DNA of 64,000 nucleotides from Longimicrobiales bacterium (GCA_965249725.1 CBDFMQ010000002.1:1696001-1760000), one strand, 5' to 3'. Shown: positions 1 through 9,503, counted from the stretch's first letter. Numbers and translations are program-made. Notes: generated by a model from the sequence alone, not told the origin.

Positions 1-2
1 TC

Positions 3-383
3 CCCTGGCTGCTGTTCGAGCCGCTCGCGTTCCTGTTCTGGGGATGGTTCCGCACACTCATGGTCTACACGCTCTACGGCGTCGTGGCCGGAGCCATCCT
101 GAGGGTCTTCATGGGCGTGGGCATGGGCTACGTCACGACCTATACCGGCGCCTTGATGGGCACCGGCTCCTCCGACCCGGCCGAGCTAGGGCTGTGGGTC
201 GTCGTCCTGCTCCCGCTCGTCGTCTCCGGCCTGATGGCCGGTCTCAAGGTGGGCGAGCTCGCCGCGATGCTCGTCTCCGGGTCCGGGTCCGTCGGGTCGG
301 GCATGATGGCGCTCGTGGTGCGCGGCGGCGGGCGCCTCAGCGCTGCCGCGAACCCGGCCCGCCCCCCAGTCCCCGGAGGCTGA
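3..383 (+). CDS. VirB6/TrbL-like T4SS membrane protein, 5' partial
   Basis: Frame open from window start (PWLLFEPLAFLFWGWFRTLMVYTLY), polytopic with Gly/Ser-rich tail, directly upstream of virB8. Confidence 0.75.
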   Translation, partial: PWLLFEPLAFLFWGWFRTLMVYTLYGVVAGAILRVFMGVGMGYVTTYTGALMGTGSSDPAELGLWVVVLLPLVVSGLMAGLKVGELAAMLVSGSGSVGSGMMALVVRGGGRLSAAANPARPPVPGG

Positions 384-394
384 AGGAGACATCC

Positions 395-1063
395 ATGAAA
401 CGAGAACACGATGCCGGCCGCGAGTACGCGGAGATCTGGGGCGAGACCGTCGAGGCGAACCGGAAACTCCGGACGCTGGCGATGATCCTCGCCGCCGCGT
501 GCCTCGCGCTCGGCGTGCTCCTCCTCCGGGTCGCGACGGTCGAGCCGCCTCGCCCGATCGTGGTGCGGGTCGACGAGGTCGGCCGCGCCGAGGCCGTGGC
601 CTACGAGGCCGCCACGGCGCAGGCGGATCCGCTCGATCCCACGACCAAATACTTCCTGAACCGGTTCATCTCCGACTTCTATTCGCGGCGCCGGGCCACG
701 GTCGAGGAGCACTGGACGCGGAGCCTCCGCTTCCTCTCGACCGAGCTGGCGAACGCCGCGTTCACGCGCGACGGCGCCGAGGTCGCCGCGATGGCTGCGG
801 GCACCTCCGACACCGAGCACCAGGTCGAGCAGGTCGTGCTCCGCATCCACCCCGCACCCGAGGCGCCGCACGGCGCGACCGCCGATTTCGACCTGGTCCG
901 CCTCCGGCAGGGGCAGGAGACGCTGAGGGAGCGGTGGTCGATCACGCTCCGGTTCACGTTCCTCACCGTCATCCCCTCCCAGCTCGTCGTCTACAACCCG
1001 ATGGGCATCATCATCACCTACCTCCAGGCCGACCGTGCCCTGGTCACGGAAGCCCCGCGATGA
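395..1063 (+). CDS. VirB8/TrbF family T4SS protein
   Basis: SD AAGGAG before ATG395; single TM, PIVVRVDEVGRA, C-terminal NPMGIIITY motif. Confidence 0.85.
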   Translation: MKREHDAGREYAEIWGETVEANRKLRTLAMILAAACLALGVLLLRVATVEPPRPIVVRVDEVGRAEAVAYEAATAQADPLDPTTKYFLNRFISDFYSRRRATVEEHWTRSLRFLSTELANAAFTRDGAEVAAMAAGTSDTEHQVEQVVLRIHPAPEAPHGATADFDLVRLRQGQETLRERWSITLRFTFLTVIPSQLVVYNPMGIIITYLQADRALVTEAPR

Positions 1064-1992
1064 TCGCCCATCTCGCCGGGCGAGAGAGGGCGCTCGAGCC
1101 ATTCGGTTGGACGGGACGCCAGGCGGAGTGGATCGCGCTCGTCTGCCTCCACAGCGGCGTGTTCACCCGCACACAGGCGACGCGGTTCCTGGACACGCAT
1201 CACGAGCGGGCGCGCCGCCTCGTCCACGCGCTGATCGCGCAGGGCCTCGCCGCCGAGGAGACCGTGCCGGGCGTTCGGGGGATCGGCCGCGTGTGCCGGA
1301 TCTTCTCCCGGGGTCTATACCGCGCGCTCGGAACCGAGCACATCCGCCACCGCCGCACGGCGTCCGCCGACGTGCTCATGCGCCGCCTGCTCTCGCTCGA
1401 CTACGTGATCGAGCATCCCGACTTGCCGTGGCTCCCGACCGAACACGAGAAGGTCGCCGCGTTCGAGGCCCTCGGGATCGAGCGCGAGTTGCTGCCCTCG
1501 CGCCTCTACCGGGGCGCCGCCGGGGACAGCCGGCGCTACTTCCCGCTCAAGTTGCCGGTCGCACTGGCCTCGGGCCGTGCAGTGTTCGTCTACGTCGATC
1601 CCGGCCACGACACCACGACGGCGCTCCGCTCGTGGGGAGCGGCGCACCGCGGGCTCTGGCACGCGCTCGAAAACCAAGGCCGGTCCGTCGAGGTCGTCGC
1701 CGTCGCCCGCACTTCGCGGGAGATGGACCGGGCCCTGGCCGTGATGAGCGGCTGGGCTGAGGCGTCCGGCCCCGGCGAGCCCGACGCCGGGATCCGTGAG
1801 GAACTTGCCCGGATCGAGCGGGCGATCCTTCAGGGCGCGGTCCAGATCCTCGAGGAGTTCGGAGGCCTGCAAGCCGCCCTGAAACGCAGCGTGGCGCTGG
1901 AGAAGCAGGCCCGCCGGCGGGCAGGCCGCGGGGCGATTCACCGCGGCGTCGCCTGGCAAACGGTGCGCCTCGCGGGAGCGCGCTACCGGTGA
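1060..1992 (+). CDS. ICE hypothetical protein, probable N-terminal winged HTH
   Basis: ATGA overlap with virB8 stop; protein-like composition from MIAHLAG. Confidence 0.7.
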   Translation: MIAHLAGRERALEPFGWTGRQAEWIALVCLHSGVFTRTQATRFLDTHHERARRLVHALIAQGLAAEETVPGVRGIGRVCRIFSRGLYRALGTEHIRHRRTASADVLMRRLLSLDYVIEHPDLPWLPTEHEKVAAFEALGIERELLPSRLYRGAAGDSRRYFPLKLPVALASGRAVFVYVDPGHDTTTALRSWGAAHRGLWHALENQGRSVEVVAVARTSREMDRALAVMSGWAEASGPGEPDAGIREELARIERAILQGAVQILEEFGGLQAALKRSVALEKQARRRAGRGAIHRGVAWQTVRLAGARYR

Positions 1993-2101
1993 CGACCGGC
2001 GCGCGTCTCATGGCCGCACTGGACTGCGCAAACGACACGGCAACGTCTTGCGCCTACGCGGCCAGGCCGGCCGGCACCGCAGGGGCGGCACCGGCCGTGG
2101 T

Positions 2102-2189
2102 GGGAGCGACCCCCCAGTCCGAGGGCCTGGTACGGGTTCGGGGGCAGGTGTGTTTGCGCACCTGCCCCCGCCCTCCTGGGGTCGCTCCC
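2102..2189. repeat. Nested inverted repeats, candidate oriT
   Basis: GGGAGCGACCCC (2102-2113)/GGGGTCGCTCCC (2178-2189) enclosing CGGGGGCAGGTG (2139-2150)/CACCTGCCCCCG (2159-2170), in the only long intergenic gap of the element. Confidence 0.5.
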
Positions 2190-2224
2190 GAGCCATCGAT
2201 CCTTCCAGGAAGGGTGTTGGACCG

Positions 2225-4261
2225 ATGAGGCCGGCTACGCTCGCCATCATCGGCACCGCTCTGGGAGCGGCCGCCGGCCACGCTTTCCGGGCGCCGTTCC
2301 CCGGCATGGGCGGCAGCCCGGTTCTGGACCTCATCGCCTACCACGATCCGGGCCTTCACACCGTGATCCGCGTCTGGTACTACGCGGCCCCGGCCGTCGT
2401 CGTCGTCCTCGCCGGGAGCGTGTGCCTCTCGGTGTGGCGAGTATGGCTCCAGCCGCGTGCAAGACGCCGCGGCCGGGGCAGCCTGCCCGCCTGGCCCACC
2501 TCGCCGAACGATGCCGCGCCCTCGCTCGTGATCGGCGAGCTCCACCATCCCGTCGTCCCGCGCGAGAGCGAGCGGCCCTCCTGGCTCGTCGTTCCCGAGA
2601 CGGGGCTCTACACCGGCGTCCTCGTCGTCGGCGCCGTCGGCACCGGCAAGACCACCGCCTGCATGTACCCGTTCGCCCAGCAGCTCCTCTCCTGGCAAGC
2701 CGACCGGGCCGGGCGCCGGGCCAGTGCCCTTGTGCTCGAGGTCAAGGGCGACTTCTGCCACAGCGTGCGCCGCATCCTCGACGACGCCGGGCGCGGCGGC
2801 GACTACCTCGAGATCGGGCTCGACGGCTCGTTGCAGTGGAACCCGCTCGACGATCCGCTGCTCGACTCCTACTCGCTCGCCTACGGCGTCGCCTCCCTCA
2901 TCAACCAGCTCTTCGGCAAGAGCCGAGAACCGTTCTGGCAGCAAGCCTATACGAATCTCGTGCGCTGGATCATCGAACTGTATCGGCTCTTGCCGGGGGG
3001 CTGGGTCACGCTCCAGGACATCTACCGCTGCACGGTGGATGCGGAACTGTTCGGCCGGAAGATCGGCGAGGCCCGCGAGCTGGCCGACCGGCTCTGCCCG
3101 GTGCGGGCCGTCATCACGACCAAGGATCTCACCGCTCACAAGGAACCTCTCGGGGAATGGGGCTGGGAGCCGGTGCCCGGCTCGGACAAGGCGGCTTGCC
3201 AGCTCGACCCCGCACTCCGGGACCGGCTCAAGGAACTCAAGGTCGCATACGCGACGGAGGAGAGCGGGGGCGGAGCGGGGAGCGAGTTCCGTGAGCAGGT
3301 CGAGGCTATCGAGCGGTGGTATCTGCATGACTGGACGGCGCTCGACGCCAAGCTCCGCACGTCGATCGTCGAGGGCATCTCTGTCTTCCTCTCGCTCTTC
3401 GATCAGCCGCAGGTCGCCGGCGTGTTCTGCCCGCCGCCACCGGACCCGGACGAATCCATACATATGTATGGTGCTGCGCCGGACGAGGACGCCGAGGCCG
3501 GCCGGCCCGTGCCGGGCCTCCGGCGCCGGCTGCCGCCGCTCAGCGAGCTGATCGAGGGCGGCAAGGTCCTCGCGCTCAACATGCCCGCGGGCGCGAACCC
3601 CGCGCTCGCCCGCGCCATCGGCGTCCTGCTCAAGAACGCCTGGATGCAGGCGCTGCTCCGGCGGCCCGCAGAACTCGCCCGCCGGCCCGGACGCTACCTC
3701 CGGCCCGCCGTGTTCATCTGCGACGAGTACCAGGCGTTCGCGACCGTCGGCCAGGACGATCCCTCGGGCGACGAGAAGGCGTTCGCGCTCACCCGGCAGT
3801 GCCGCTGCGTCCCGATCGTCGCCACGCAGTCGATCTCCTCGCTCCGCTCGGTGCTCCCCGGAGGCGAGGCCTGGCGCACGCTCCTCCAGACGCTCCGCAC
3901 CCGGATCTTCCTGTCGCTGTCGGACGAGTCGTCGGCCCGGATCGCGTCGGAGATGTGCGGGAGCGTCATGAAGACGCAGCCCTCCTACACGTTCACCGAG
4001 ACCACGGGCAGGCCCGAGTTCTCGCTCTTGTCCGGGCGAGCCGGAGGGGGCCGCGGCACGATCGGCGCGAGCAAGTCGTTCCGGCAGCAGAGGGAGCCCG
4101 TGTTCACGCCGTGCGAGTTCGCGCTGTTGGCCAACTACCAGGCGATCTGCCTGCCCTACGACGGCACGAAGTCGCTCCCTGCCCGGCGCGTCTACCTGAA
4201 ACCCCACTACCTGCCGAGGGACGTGGGCTACTGGCGGCTCCGCGAGGAGGGACGGATATGA
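2225..4261 (+). CDS. Type IV coupling protein (VirD4/TraD/TraG family)
   Basis: N-terminal TMs, Walker A GAVGTGKT, EVKGD, Walker B FICDEYQ, ATQSIS. Confidence 0.88.
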   Translation: MRPATLAIIGTALGAAAGHAFRAPFPGMGGSPVLDLIAYHDPGLHTVIRVWYYAAPAVVVVLAGSVCLSVWRVWLQPRARRRGRGSLPAWPTSPNDAAPSLVIGELHHPVVPRESERPSWLVVPETGLYTGVLVVGAVGTGKTTACMYPFAQQLLSWQADRAGRRASALVLEVKGDFCHSVRRILDDAGRGGDYLEIGLDGSLQWNPLDDPLLDSYSLAYGVASLINQLFGKSREPFWQQAYTNLVRWIIELYRLLPGGWVTLQDIYRCTVDAELFGRKIGEARELADRLCPVRAVITTKDLTAHKEPLGEWGWEPVPGSDKAACQLDPALRDRLKELKVAYATEESGGGAGSEFREQVEAIERWYLHDWTALDAKLRTSIVEGISVFLSLFDQPQVAGVFCPPPPDPDESIHMYGAAPDEDAEAGRPVPGLRRRLPPLSELIEGGKVLALNMPAGANPALARAIGVLLKNAWMQALLRRPAELARRPGRYLRPAVFICDEYQAFATVGQDDPSGDEKAFALTRQCRCVPIVATQSISSLRSVLPGGEAWRTLLQTLRTRIFLSLSDESSARIASEMCGSVMKTQPSYTFTETTGRPEFSLLSGRAGGGRGTIGASKSFRQQREPVFTPCEFALLANYQAICLPYDGTKSLPARRVYLKPHYLPRDVGYWRLREEGRI

Positions 4262-5265
4262 AGCGCGCAAGCGGGATCGGCCACCTGAAGCCGTTCCTTC
4301 CGGGCCTGGAGACGCTCCTTGAGGACCTGGAGGTCTCCGAGATCATGATCAACGGACCCGGCAACGTCTGGATCGAGCGAGGCGGCCGACTCGAGCCCCA
4401 CGAGGCGCCGGGACTCACCGCCGCCTGGCTCCACCGCGCCGCGATCCACATCGCCCGGCCGCTCGGCCTCGATCCCGCCGCCAGACCCATCCTCGATGCC
4501 CGTCTCGAGGACGGCTCGAGGGTCGCCATCTGCACGCCGCCCGCGAGTCCCGAGGTCGCCATCACCATACGCCGGTTCGGGGGCCGCGCGTTCTCGGCTC
4601 AGGACCTGGTGCGCATGGGCTCGCTGCCGGAGACGGTCCTCGGGGCCGCCCGGTCGGCCCTCTTGGCCCGCAGGAACATCCTGGTCTCCGGAGGCACGGG
4701 CTCGGGCAAGACCACGCTCCTCAACGCGCTGATCGAGTTGCTGCCCGAAGACGAGCGGATCGTCGCCATCGAGGACACGCTCGAACTCAGGATCGACCGC
4801 GCGAACTGCCTCCGCTTCGAGGCCGGCGCTGTCGGCACCGAGACCCCTGTCTCGATCCGCGACCTGGTGCGGCACGCGCTGCGCCACCGGCCCGACCACA
4901 TCGTCGTCGGCGAGGTCAGGGGCGGCGAGGCCGCCGATCTGCTCCAGGCGCTGAACACGGGCCACGGCGGGTCGCTGACCACCATCCACGCGAACAACGC
5001 CCGCTCCGCGCTCTCGCGCCTCGCGAGCTGCGCCATGCAGGCCGAAGGCGCGCTTCCCTGGGAGGTCACCTGCCGGGGCGTCGTGGACGGGATCGCACTT
5101 GTGCTGCACACGACCCGGCAACGGGGCAGGCGGTTCGTCGAGGAGGCGCTCGAAGTGTGCGGCTACGACGCGGCCAAGGGCCGCTGGATCGCCGAACCGA
5201 TCTGGAGCGGGGCCGACGAAGCCCCGCAAGAACAGCACCCACACACCAAGGAGGTGAACCCATGA
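4258..5265 (+). CDS. VirB11/TrbB/CpaF family secretion ATPase
   Basis: SEIMING, GGTGSGKTT, IEDTLEL, RHRPDHIVVGEVRGGEA, NTGHGGSLTTIHAN. Confidence 0.92.
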   Translation: MKRASGIGHLKPFLPGLETLLEDLEVSEIMINGPGNVWIERGGRLEPHEAPGLTAAWLHRAAIHIARPLGLDPAARPILDARLEDGSRVAICTPPASPEVAITIRRFGGRAFSAQDLVRMGSLPETVLGAARSALLARRNILVSGGTGSGKTTLLNALIELLPEDERIVAIEDTLELRIDRANCLRFEAGAVGTETPVSIRDLVRHALRHRPDHIVVGEVRGGEAADLLQALNTGHGGSLTTIHANNARSALSRLASCAMQAEGALPWEVTCRGVVDGIALVLHTTRQRGRRFVEEALEVCGYDAAKGRWIAEPIWSGADEAPQEQHPHTKEVNP

Positions 5266-5462
5266 AAGGCGACGAGAACATCGTTCGCGTCGAGACGCTC
5301 GATGACTTCGACCGGGAGCTCGCGCGCGACGGAGGCGAGACGCTCGAGGTGCCGGCCTCGCTGGCCGAAGAGTACGGCCTCTTCTCCGAGGAGGTGGGCA
5401 GCGAGGACGAGATCCGCGACGCAGGAGAGGATCCGCACGGCCCCGAGGAGGAAGACCGATGA
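5262..5462 (+). CDS. Small acidic protein (66 aa), IncP TraD-like
   Basis: SD AAGGAGG, overlaps both neighbours, 24 of 66 residues D/E. Confidence 0.65.
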   Translation: MKGDENIVRVETLDDFDRELARDGGETLEVPASLAEEYGLFSEEVGSEDEIRDAGEDPHGPEEEDR

Positions 5463-6487
5463 AACACGACGAATACCACCGCCAGTTCGCCGACCGGGTC
5501 ATCGAGCAGATCCGCCAGGGCACCGCGCCCTGGCAGAAGCCCTGGGGGCCGGGCGAGCGCGTGCTCCCCTCCAACGTCGATACCGGCCGCTCCTACAGGG
5601 GCGGGAACAGCCTGCATCTCGCCGCCGTGGCCCAGGAGCGCGGCTACGGCGACGTGCGCTGGGGCACCTACCGCCAGATCCAGGCCCGGGACGGACAGGT
5701 GCGCAAGGGCGAGCAGGGCACTCGCATCCTCTCGTTCCAAGACCACCGGAAGATCGCCGTCAACGACGAGCGCGGGCGGCCCAAGAGGGACAACGAAGGC
5801 AAGCGCGTCTACCGCCACGAGCGCCTCCAGGCGCCCTTCGTCCGCCAGTACACCGTGTTCAACGCCGAGCAGGCCGACGGGCTCCCGGCCCGGCCCGCGC
5901 CCGCTGCCGAGCCGCTCTGGAAGGTGCACCAGCAGGCCGAGCAGGTCCTCGAGGACGGAGGGGTGCCCGTCCGTCACGTGGCGGGCGACCGGGCGTTCTA
6001 CAACCTGAACCGCGACGAGATCGTGCTCCCCGAGCGTGGACAGTTCCCCTCCGCGAACCACTACTACCAGACCGCGCTACACGAGCTGGGGCACAGCACC
6101 GGCCACCCGGAGCGCATGAACCGCGAGACGCTCGTCCAGGGGATCTCTGAAGGGTTCGGGTCCCCCGACTATGCGAAGGAGGAGCTCCGCGCCGAAATCA
6201 GTGCCATGATGACGGGCGAGCGCGTGGGCGTCGGCCATGACCCGAGCCGGGGCGCCGCGTACGTCGAGGGCTGGATCGCCGCGCTCGAGGAGGACCCCGG
6301 CGAGATCCGCCGCGCCGCCGCCGACGCGCAGAAGATCTCCGACTTCGTGCTCTCGCGGCACCGCGAGCGCGAGGCCGCGCGCGAACCCGCGGCCGTGGCC
6401 GCGACCCGCGCGCCCGCGCCGGGGCGGATCGTCCATCCCGTGCCGCCGCTCCCCGTGCCGGAGCGGACCTTCGGGCCGCGCCGCTGA
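5459..6487 (+). CDS. ardC: ArdC-family ssDNA-binding/zincin antirestriction protein
   Basis: APWQKPW, YRGGN, RWGTYRQ, YTVFNAEQ, HELGHSTGH, YAKEELRAE. Confidence 0.88.
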   Translation: MKHDEYHRQFADRVIEQIRQGTAPWQKPWGPGERVLPSNVDTGRSYRGGNSLHLAAVAQERGYGDVRWGTYRQIQARDGQVRKGEQGTRILSFQDHRKIAVNDERGRPKRDNEGKRVYRHERLQAPFVRQYTVFNAEQADGLPARPAPAAEPLWKVHQQAEQVLEDGGVPVRHVAGDRAFYNLNRDEIVLPERGQFPSANHYYQTALHELGHSTGHPERMNRETLVQGISEGFGSPDYAKEELRAEISAMMTGERVGVGHDPSRGAAYVEGWIAALEEDPGEIRRAAADAQKISDFVLSRHREREAAREPAAVAATRAPAPGRIVHPVPPLPVPERTFGPRR

Positions 6488-6493
6488 CGGTCG

Positions 6494-7396
6494 GTGAGGA
6501 GCCAGGAGATGTTCGACCGCACGGTCGAACCGGACCCGCGGACCGCCGCGCCACAAAGCCGCAATCGCTACCGCATGCGGGACGGCCACCGCCGAGAATA
6601 CGCCGCGAGCAGGGACCGCGGGTCCATCTCCTTCCCCGAACGGTGCGCGCGCGGGCTCGCCGACATCGGCGTCTACGGCGCCGTCTCGTACCGCGATCTG
6701 GCCGAGGCCCGCTTCGGCGGACACCCCTACACCACCCGGCGGGCCGTGAACGCCTGGGTACGCGAAGGGCTCGTCACCGAGACCACGGCCACCGGACCCA
6801 AGGGCAACCCGTTCAAGGTCCTGACCCTCACCCGCAGCGGCGTGGCCGAGGCCCGGAAGCTGGCCGCCGAACGGGGGATGGATCCCAGCCAGGAAATCCG
6901 CTTCGCACGCACCCGGCCTGCGCAAGCCGCGCACGACACCGCCGTCTACCGCGCCTGCATAAAGGAGAAACAGCGCCTGCTCGACCGGGGCGCCACCGTG
7001 CGGCGCATCCGGCTCGACACCGAACTCAAGAGCGCCGTCGCGCGCGGGAGCGAGGCAGCGCGGCTGAAGGACGGCAAGCGGGCCGCCGATGCCGAACGGC
7101 ACCGCACTGCCGGCGAACTCGGACTCCCGGTCGACGACGAAGGGCACGTGCTCTATCCGGACGCCCAGATCGAGTACACCGATGCCGACGGGCGAACCGG
7201 ACGCGTCAACGTCGAGGTCGCGTCCGGCAACTACCGCGAAGGGGCCATCAAGGTGAAAGCGGCGGCCGGGTTCGCGCTCCACGCCAACGGACCGGCGGCG
7301 GCGCGGCTGCTCCGCACGCTCGGCCTGGGCGGCGGCGGCGACGGCTCCTCGCTGCGGGGACCCGCCGACCGCGATCCGGCCGCAGTCGAACTCTGA
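6494..7396 (+). CDS. wHTH + PD-(D/E)xK-like protein, possible Replic_Relax/MOBC-like relaxase (start uncertain)
   Basis: wHTH-like N-half, AAHDTAVY, YPDAQIEY...VNVEVASGNY. Confidence 0.6.
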   Translation: MRSQEMFDRTVEPDPRTAAPQSRNRYRMRDGHRREYAASRDRGSISFPERCARGLADIGVYGAVSYRDLAEARFGGHPYTTRRAVNAWVREGLVTETTATGPKGNPFKVLTLTRSGVAEARKLAAERGMDPSQEIRFARTRPAQAAHDTAVYRACIKEKQRLLDRGATVRRIRLDTELKSAVARGSEAARLKDGKRAADAERHRTAGELGLPVDDEGHVLYPDAQIEYTDADGRTGRVNVEVASGNYREGAIKVKAAAGFALHANGPAAARLLRTLGLGGGGDGSSLRGPADRDPAAVEL

Positions 7397-7414
7397 CTAC
7401 GGGAGAAGCCCGCC

Positions 7415-7729
7415 ATGCAACCCTGGAAAATCAGCGTCGGCCTCACCGCCGCCATCGCGGGGTCGGCCATCCTGCTCGCCGGGCCGCGCCTCGAATACCT
7501 CGCGCCGTATTGGCCGCTCCTCCTCGCCGAACACGGCGTCTTGCTCGCCCTGCACCTGGCGCTGGCACTCGCAGCCGTTGCGGCCGCCATCTACGCCGTC
7601 GCTCGTGCAGCCGGGCTCGCCGACCTCGGCCGGCGCGTCGATCTCGCCGAGCGCTCCGTTCGGCGCGGCGAGGGGGACCCGGCCCTCACCGACGCGCTCC
7701 GCAGAGACGCCGAGGGCGACTGGGAATGA
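7415..7729 (+). CDS. Small membrane protein, hypothetical
   Basis: SD GGAG, two hydrophobic segments, overlaps next gene. Confidence 0.65.
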   Translation: MQPWKISVGLTAAIAGSAILLAGPRLEYLAPYWPLLLAEHGVLLALHLALALAAVAAAIYAVARAAGLADLGRRVDLAERSVRRGEGDPALTDALRRDAEGDWE

Positions 7730-8172
7730 AAGCGGAGACCGGGCGGGCGGCGGGCCGACGAGATCGACCCAAAGGTGCGCGCACACCTCGCGGCGCGTCC
7801 GTCGAGACCCTGCCAGTCACCTGGCGGACGCAGGCCAAGGCGCTCCGCCGGTACGGGGGCGAGACGCCGGCCGTAGCGCTCGAAAGCTGCGCGGCCGAGC
7901 TCGAGGCCACGCTCAGGGAGAGGGACGAGACCACCCTCTCGCTGACGGAGGCCGCCAGGGAGAGCGGCTACTCCGCTGACCATCTCGGCCGCCTCGTGCG
8001 CGACGGCAGGATCCCCAACGCCGGAAGACCCGGCGCGCCCAGGATCGCCCGCAGCCACCTGCCACGGAAGACCCAGGCGCCAGCCACACCGCGACTGGTG
8101 GAAAAGCATCGCCGAGGCGAAGTTTCCAACGCGCAGATCGTGCAGTCCATCATCGAGAGAGGAATCGAATGA
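7726..8172 (+). CDS. Excisionase-like HTH DNA-binding protein
   Basis: LSLTEAARESGYSADHLGRLVRDGRIP; coupled to integrase. Confidence 0.7.
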   Translation: MKAETGRAAGRRDRPKGARTPRGASVETLPVTWRTQAKALRRYGGETPAVALESCAAELEATLRERDETTLSLTEAARESGYSADHLGRLVRDGRIPNAGRPGAPRIARSHLPRKTQAPATPRLVEKHRRGEVSNAQIVQSIIERGIE

Positions 8173-9332
8173 TGGCACGCACGAAACCTATCCGGCGCTC
8201 CTACGGCGCCGGCGAATGGGGCCGGAACCGGGTACGGGTCTTTCCCGATCCCAAGACCGGCCTGTTCCAGATCGAGTGGCGCGAGAACGGGCGCAGGCTC
8301 ACAAGGTCGCTGAAGCACCGCGACTGGAGACGGGCGAAGCGGCAGGCGGACGAGTTCGCCGCTGGCTACCTCGGGCCGGAGCTCCACCGTAAGGCGGACG
8401 CCGAGTCCGAGCCGCTCACCCTGGAGACGCTTTTTGACATTTACGGTGAAGAGGTGACGCCCACCAAGGCTCAACAGTCGCAGAAGTATGATGGGGCCAC
8501 AATGGAGATGTTCCTCAGATTCTTCGGCAAAGATCGAGACCCCGCAACACTGTCCAAGAGAGACTGGGACCGTTTCATACGATACCGCCGAGCGGGAAGG
8601 GTCGGTCGTAGCGGTAGGCCCGTGTCTGATCGAACGATCCAGCAGGACCTGAAGTTACTGCTCGCGGTCCTGAACTGGGCCGCGCAGTCGAGGGACGAGC
8701 AGGGCCGACTGCTTCTTGAGTCGAATCCGCTGAAGGGCCTGACACCGCCTGCCGAGAAGAATCCGACCCGAATAGTCCTTACCGAGACGGAATACCAAGC
8801 GCTGCTGCACATATCGCGGGAAGTCGATTGGCGCTTTCACGTTGCTCTCGTTCTCGCGCACGAGACGGGACACCGCATCGGCGCCATCCGTCAGCTTCGA
8901 TGGTCGGATGTCGATTTGGAAGGTGAAGTCATCCGATGGCGTGCCGAGCACGAGAAGACCGGGTACGAGCATCTAACTCCGGTGACCGCCGAGGCGCTCG
9001 CTGCCTTGGAAGAGGCACGGAGGAAGAACCCCGGGATCGGGGACATCCCTGTTCTGCCCGCGCCGAAGGACCCATCGAAGTGTGGGGGCCGTTCGCTGGC
9101 GCGCGACTGGTGGGAAAAAGGCCAAGAGCTCGCCGGGCTGGAACCGAAGCGTGGCCGCGGCTGGCACTCCCTGAGGCGGAAGTTCGCCTCGGACCTCATG
9201 GACCAACCGCTGAAGGTGCTATGCGAACTCGGCGGCTGGAAGACGGCCCAAACGGTGCTGCAGTGCTACCAGCGGGCCGACGAGGGGCAGCTCCGGAAGG
9301 CCCTCGAGCACCGCCGGAGAGCCCGTTCCTGA
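8169..9332 (+). CDS. Tyrosine recombinase/integrase
   Basis: Catalytic set: TGHRIG (R), EKTG (K), HSLRR (HxxR), LGGW, QCYQ (Y). Confidence 0.93.
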   Translation: MMARTKPIRRSYGAGEWGRNRVRVFPDPKTGLFQIEWRENGRRLTRSLKHRDWRRAKRQADEFAAGYLGPELHRKADAESEPLTLETLFDIYGEEVTPTKAQQSQKYDGATMEMFLRFFGKDRDPATLSKRDWDRFIRYRRAGRVGRSGRPVSDRTIQQDLKLLLAVLNWAAQSRDEQGRLLLESNPLKGLTPPAEKNPTRIVLTETEYQALLHISREVDWRFHVALVLAHETGHRIGAIRQLRWSDVDLEGEVIRWRAEHEKTGYEHLTPVTAEALAALEEARRKNPGIGDIPVLPAPKDPSKCGGRSLARDWWEKGQELAGLEPKRGRGWHSLRRKFASDLMDQPLKVLCELGGWKTAQTVLQCYQRADEGQLRKALEHRRRARS

Positions 9333-9337
9333 CCCTG

Positions 9338-9378
9338 AACAGCGGGAATCCAACAGCGGGAATCCGACTCGCGAATCC
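9338..9378. repeat. Tandem 14-bp direct repeat AACAGCGGGAATCC x2 plus a degenerate third copy; probable integrase arm sites
   Basis: Exact copies 9338-9351 and 9352-9365; GCGAATCC at 9371-9378. Confidence 0.7.
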
Positions 9379-9389
9379 CGTAAGTTCAA

Positions 9390-9463
<74 letters not shown>

Positions 9464-9474
9464 TGCAGTCGGGA

Positions 9475-9503
9475 AACGTAATGGCGTCCGGACCTCTGCT
9501 CAA
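9475..9503 (-). promoter_or_regulatory. sigma70-like promoter for tRNA-Ile
   Basis: TTGAGC-N17-TACGTT, 11 bp upstream of the tRNA. Confidence 0.5.

Larger units (their letters stand above)
1..9389. mobile_element. End of an integrative conjugative element (continues beyond window start), integrated at the 3' end of tRNA-Ile
   Basis: Co-oriented T4SS genes, coupling protein, ArdC, HTH excisionase-like gene and tyrosine integrase ending 57 bp from the tRNA 3' end. Confidence 0.85.

Noticed and set aside
44..394. N-terminal extension of the virB8 ORF; likewise 499-1059, 3799-4257, 6643-7725, 56426-56713, 60611-61084
   Set aside because: Arg/Pro-rich off-frame overlap with the upstream gene; better SD-supported or coupled starts lie downstream
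2054..4270. 738-aa minus-strand ORF and similar long antisense ORFs (4228-5574, 25361-26929, 56639-58186)
   Set aside because: Shadow frames of motif-bearing genes in high-GC DNA; no recognisable motifs
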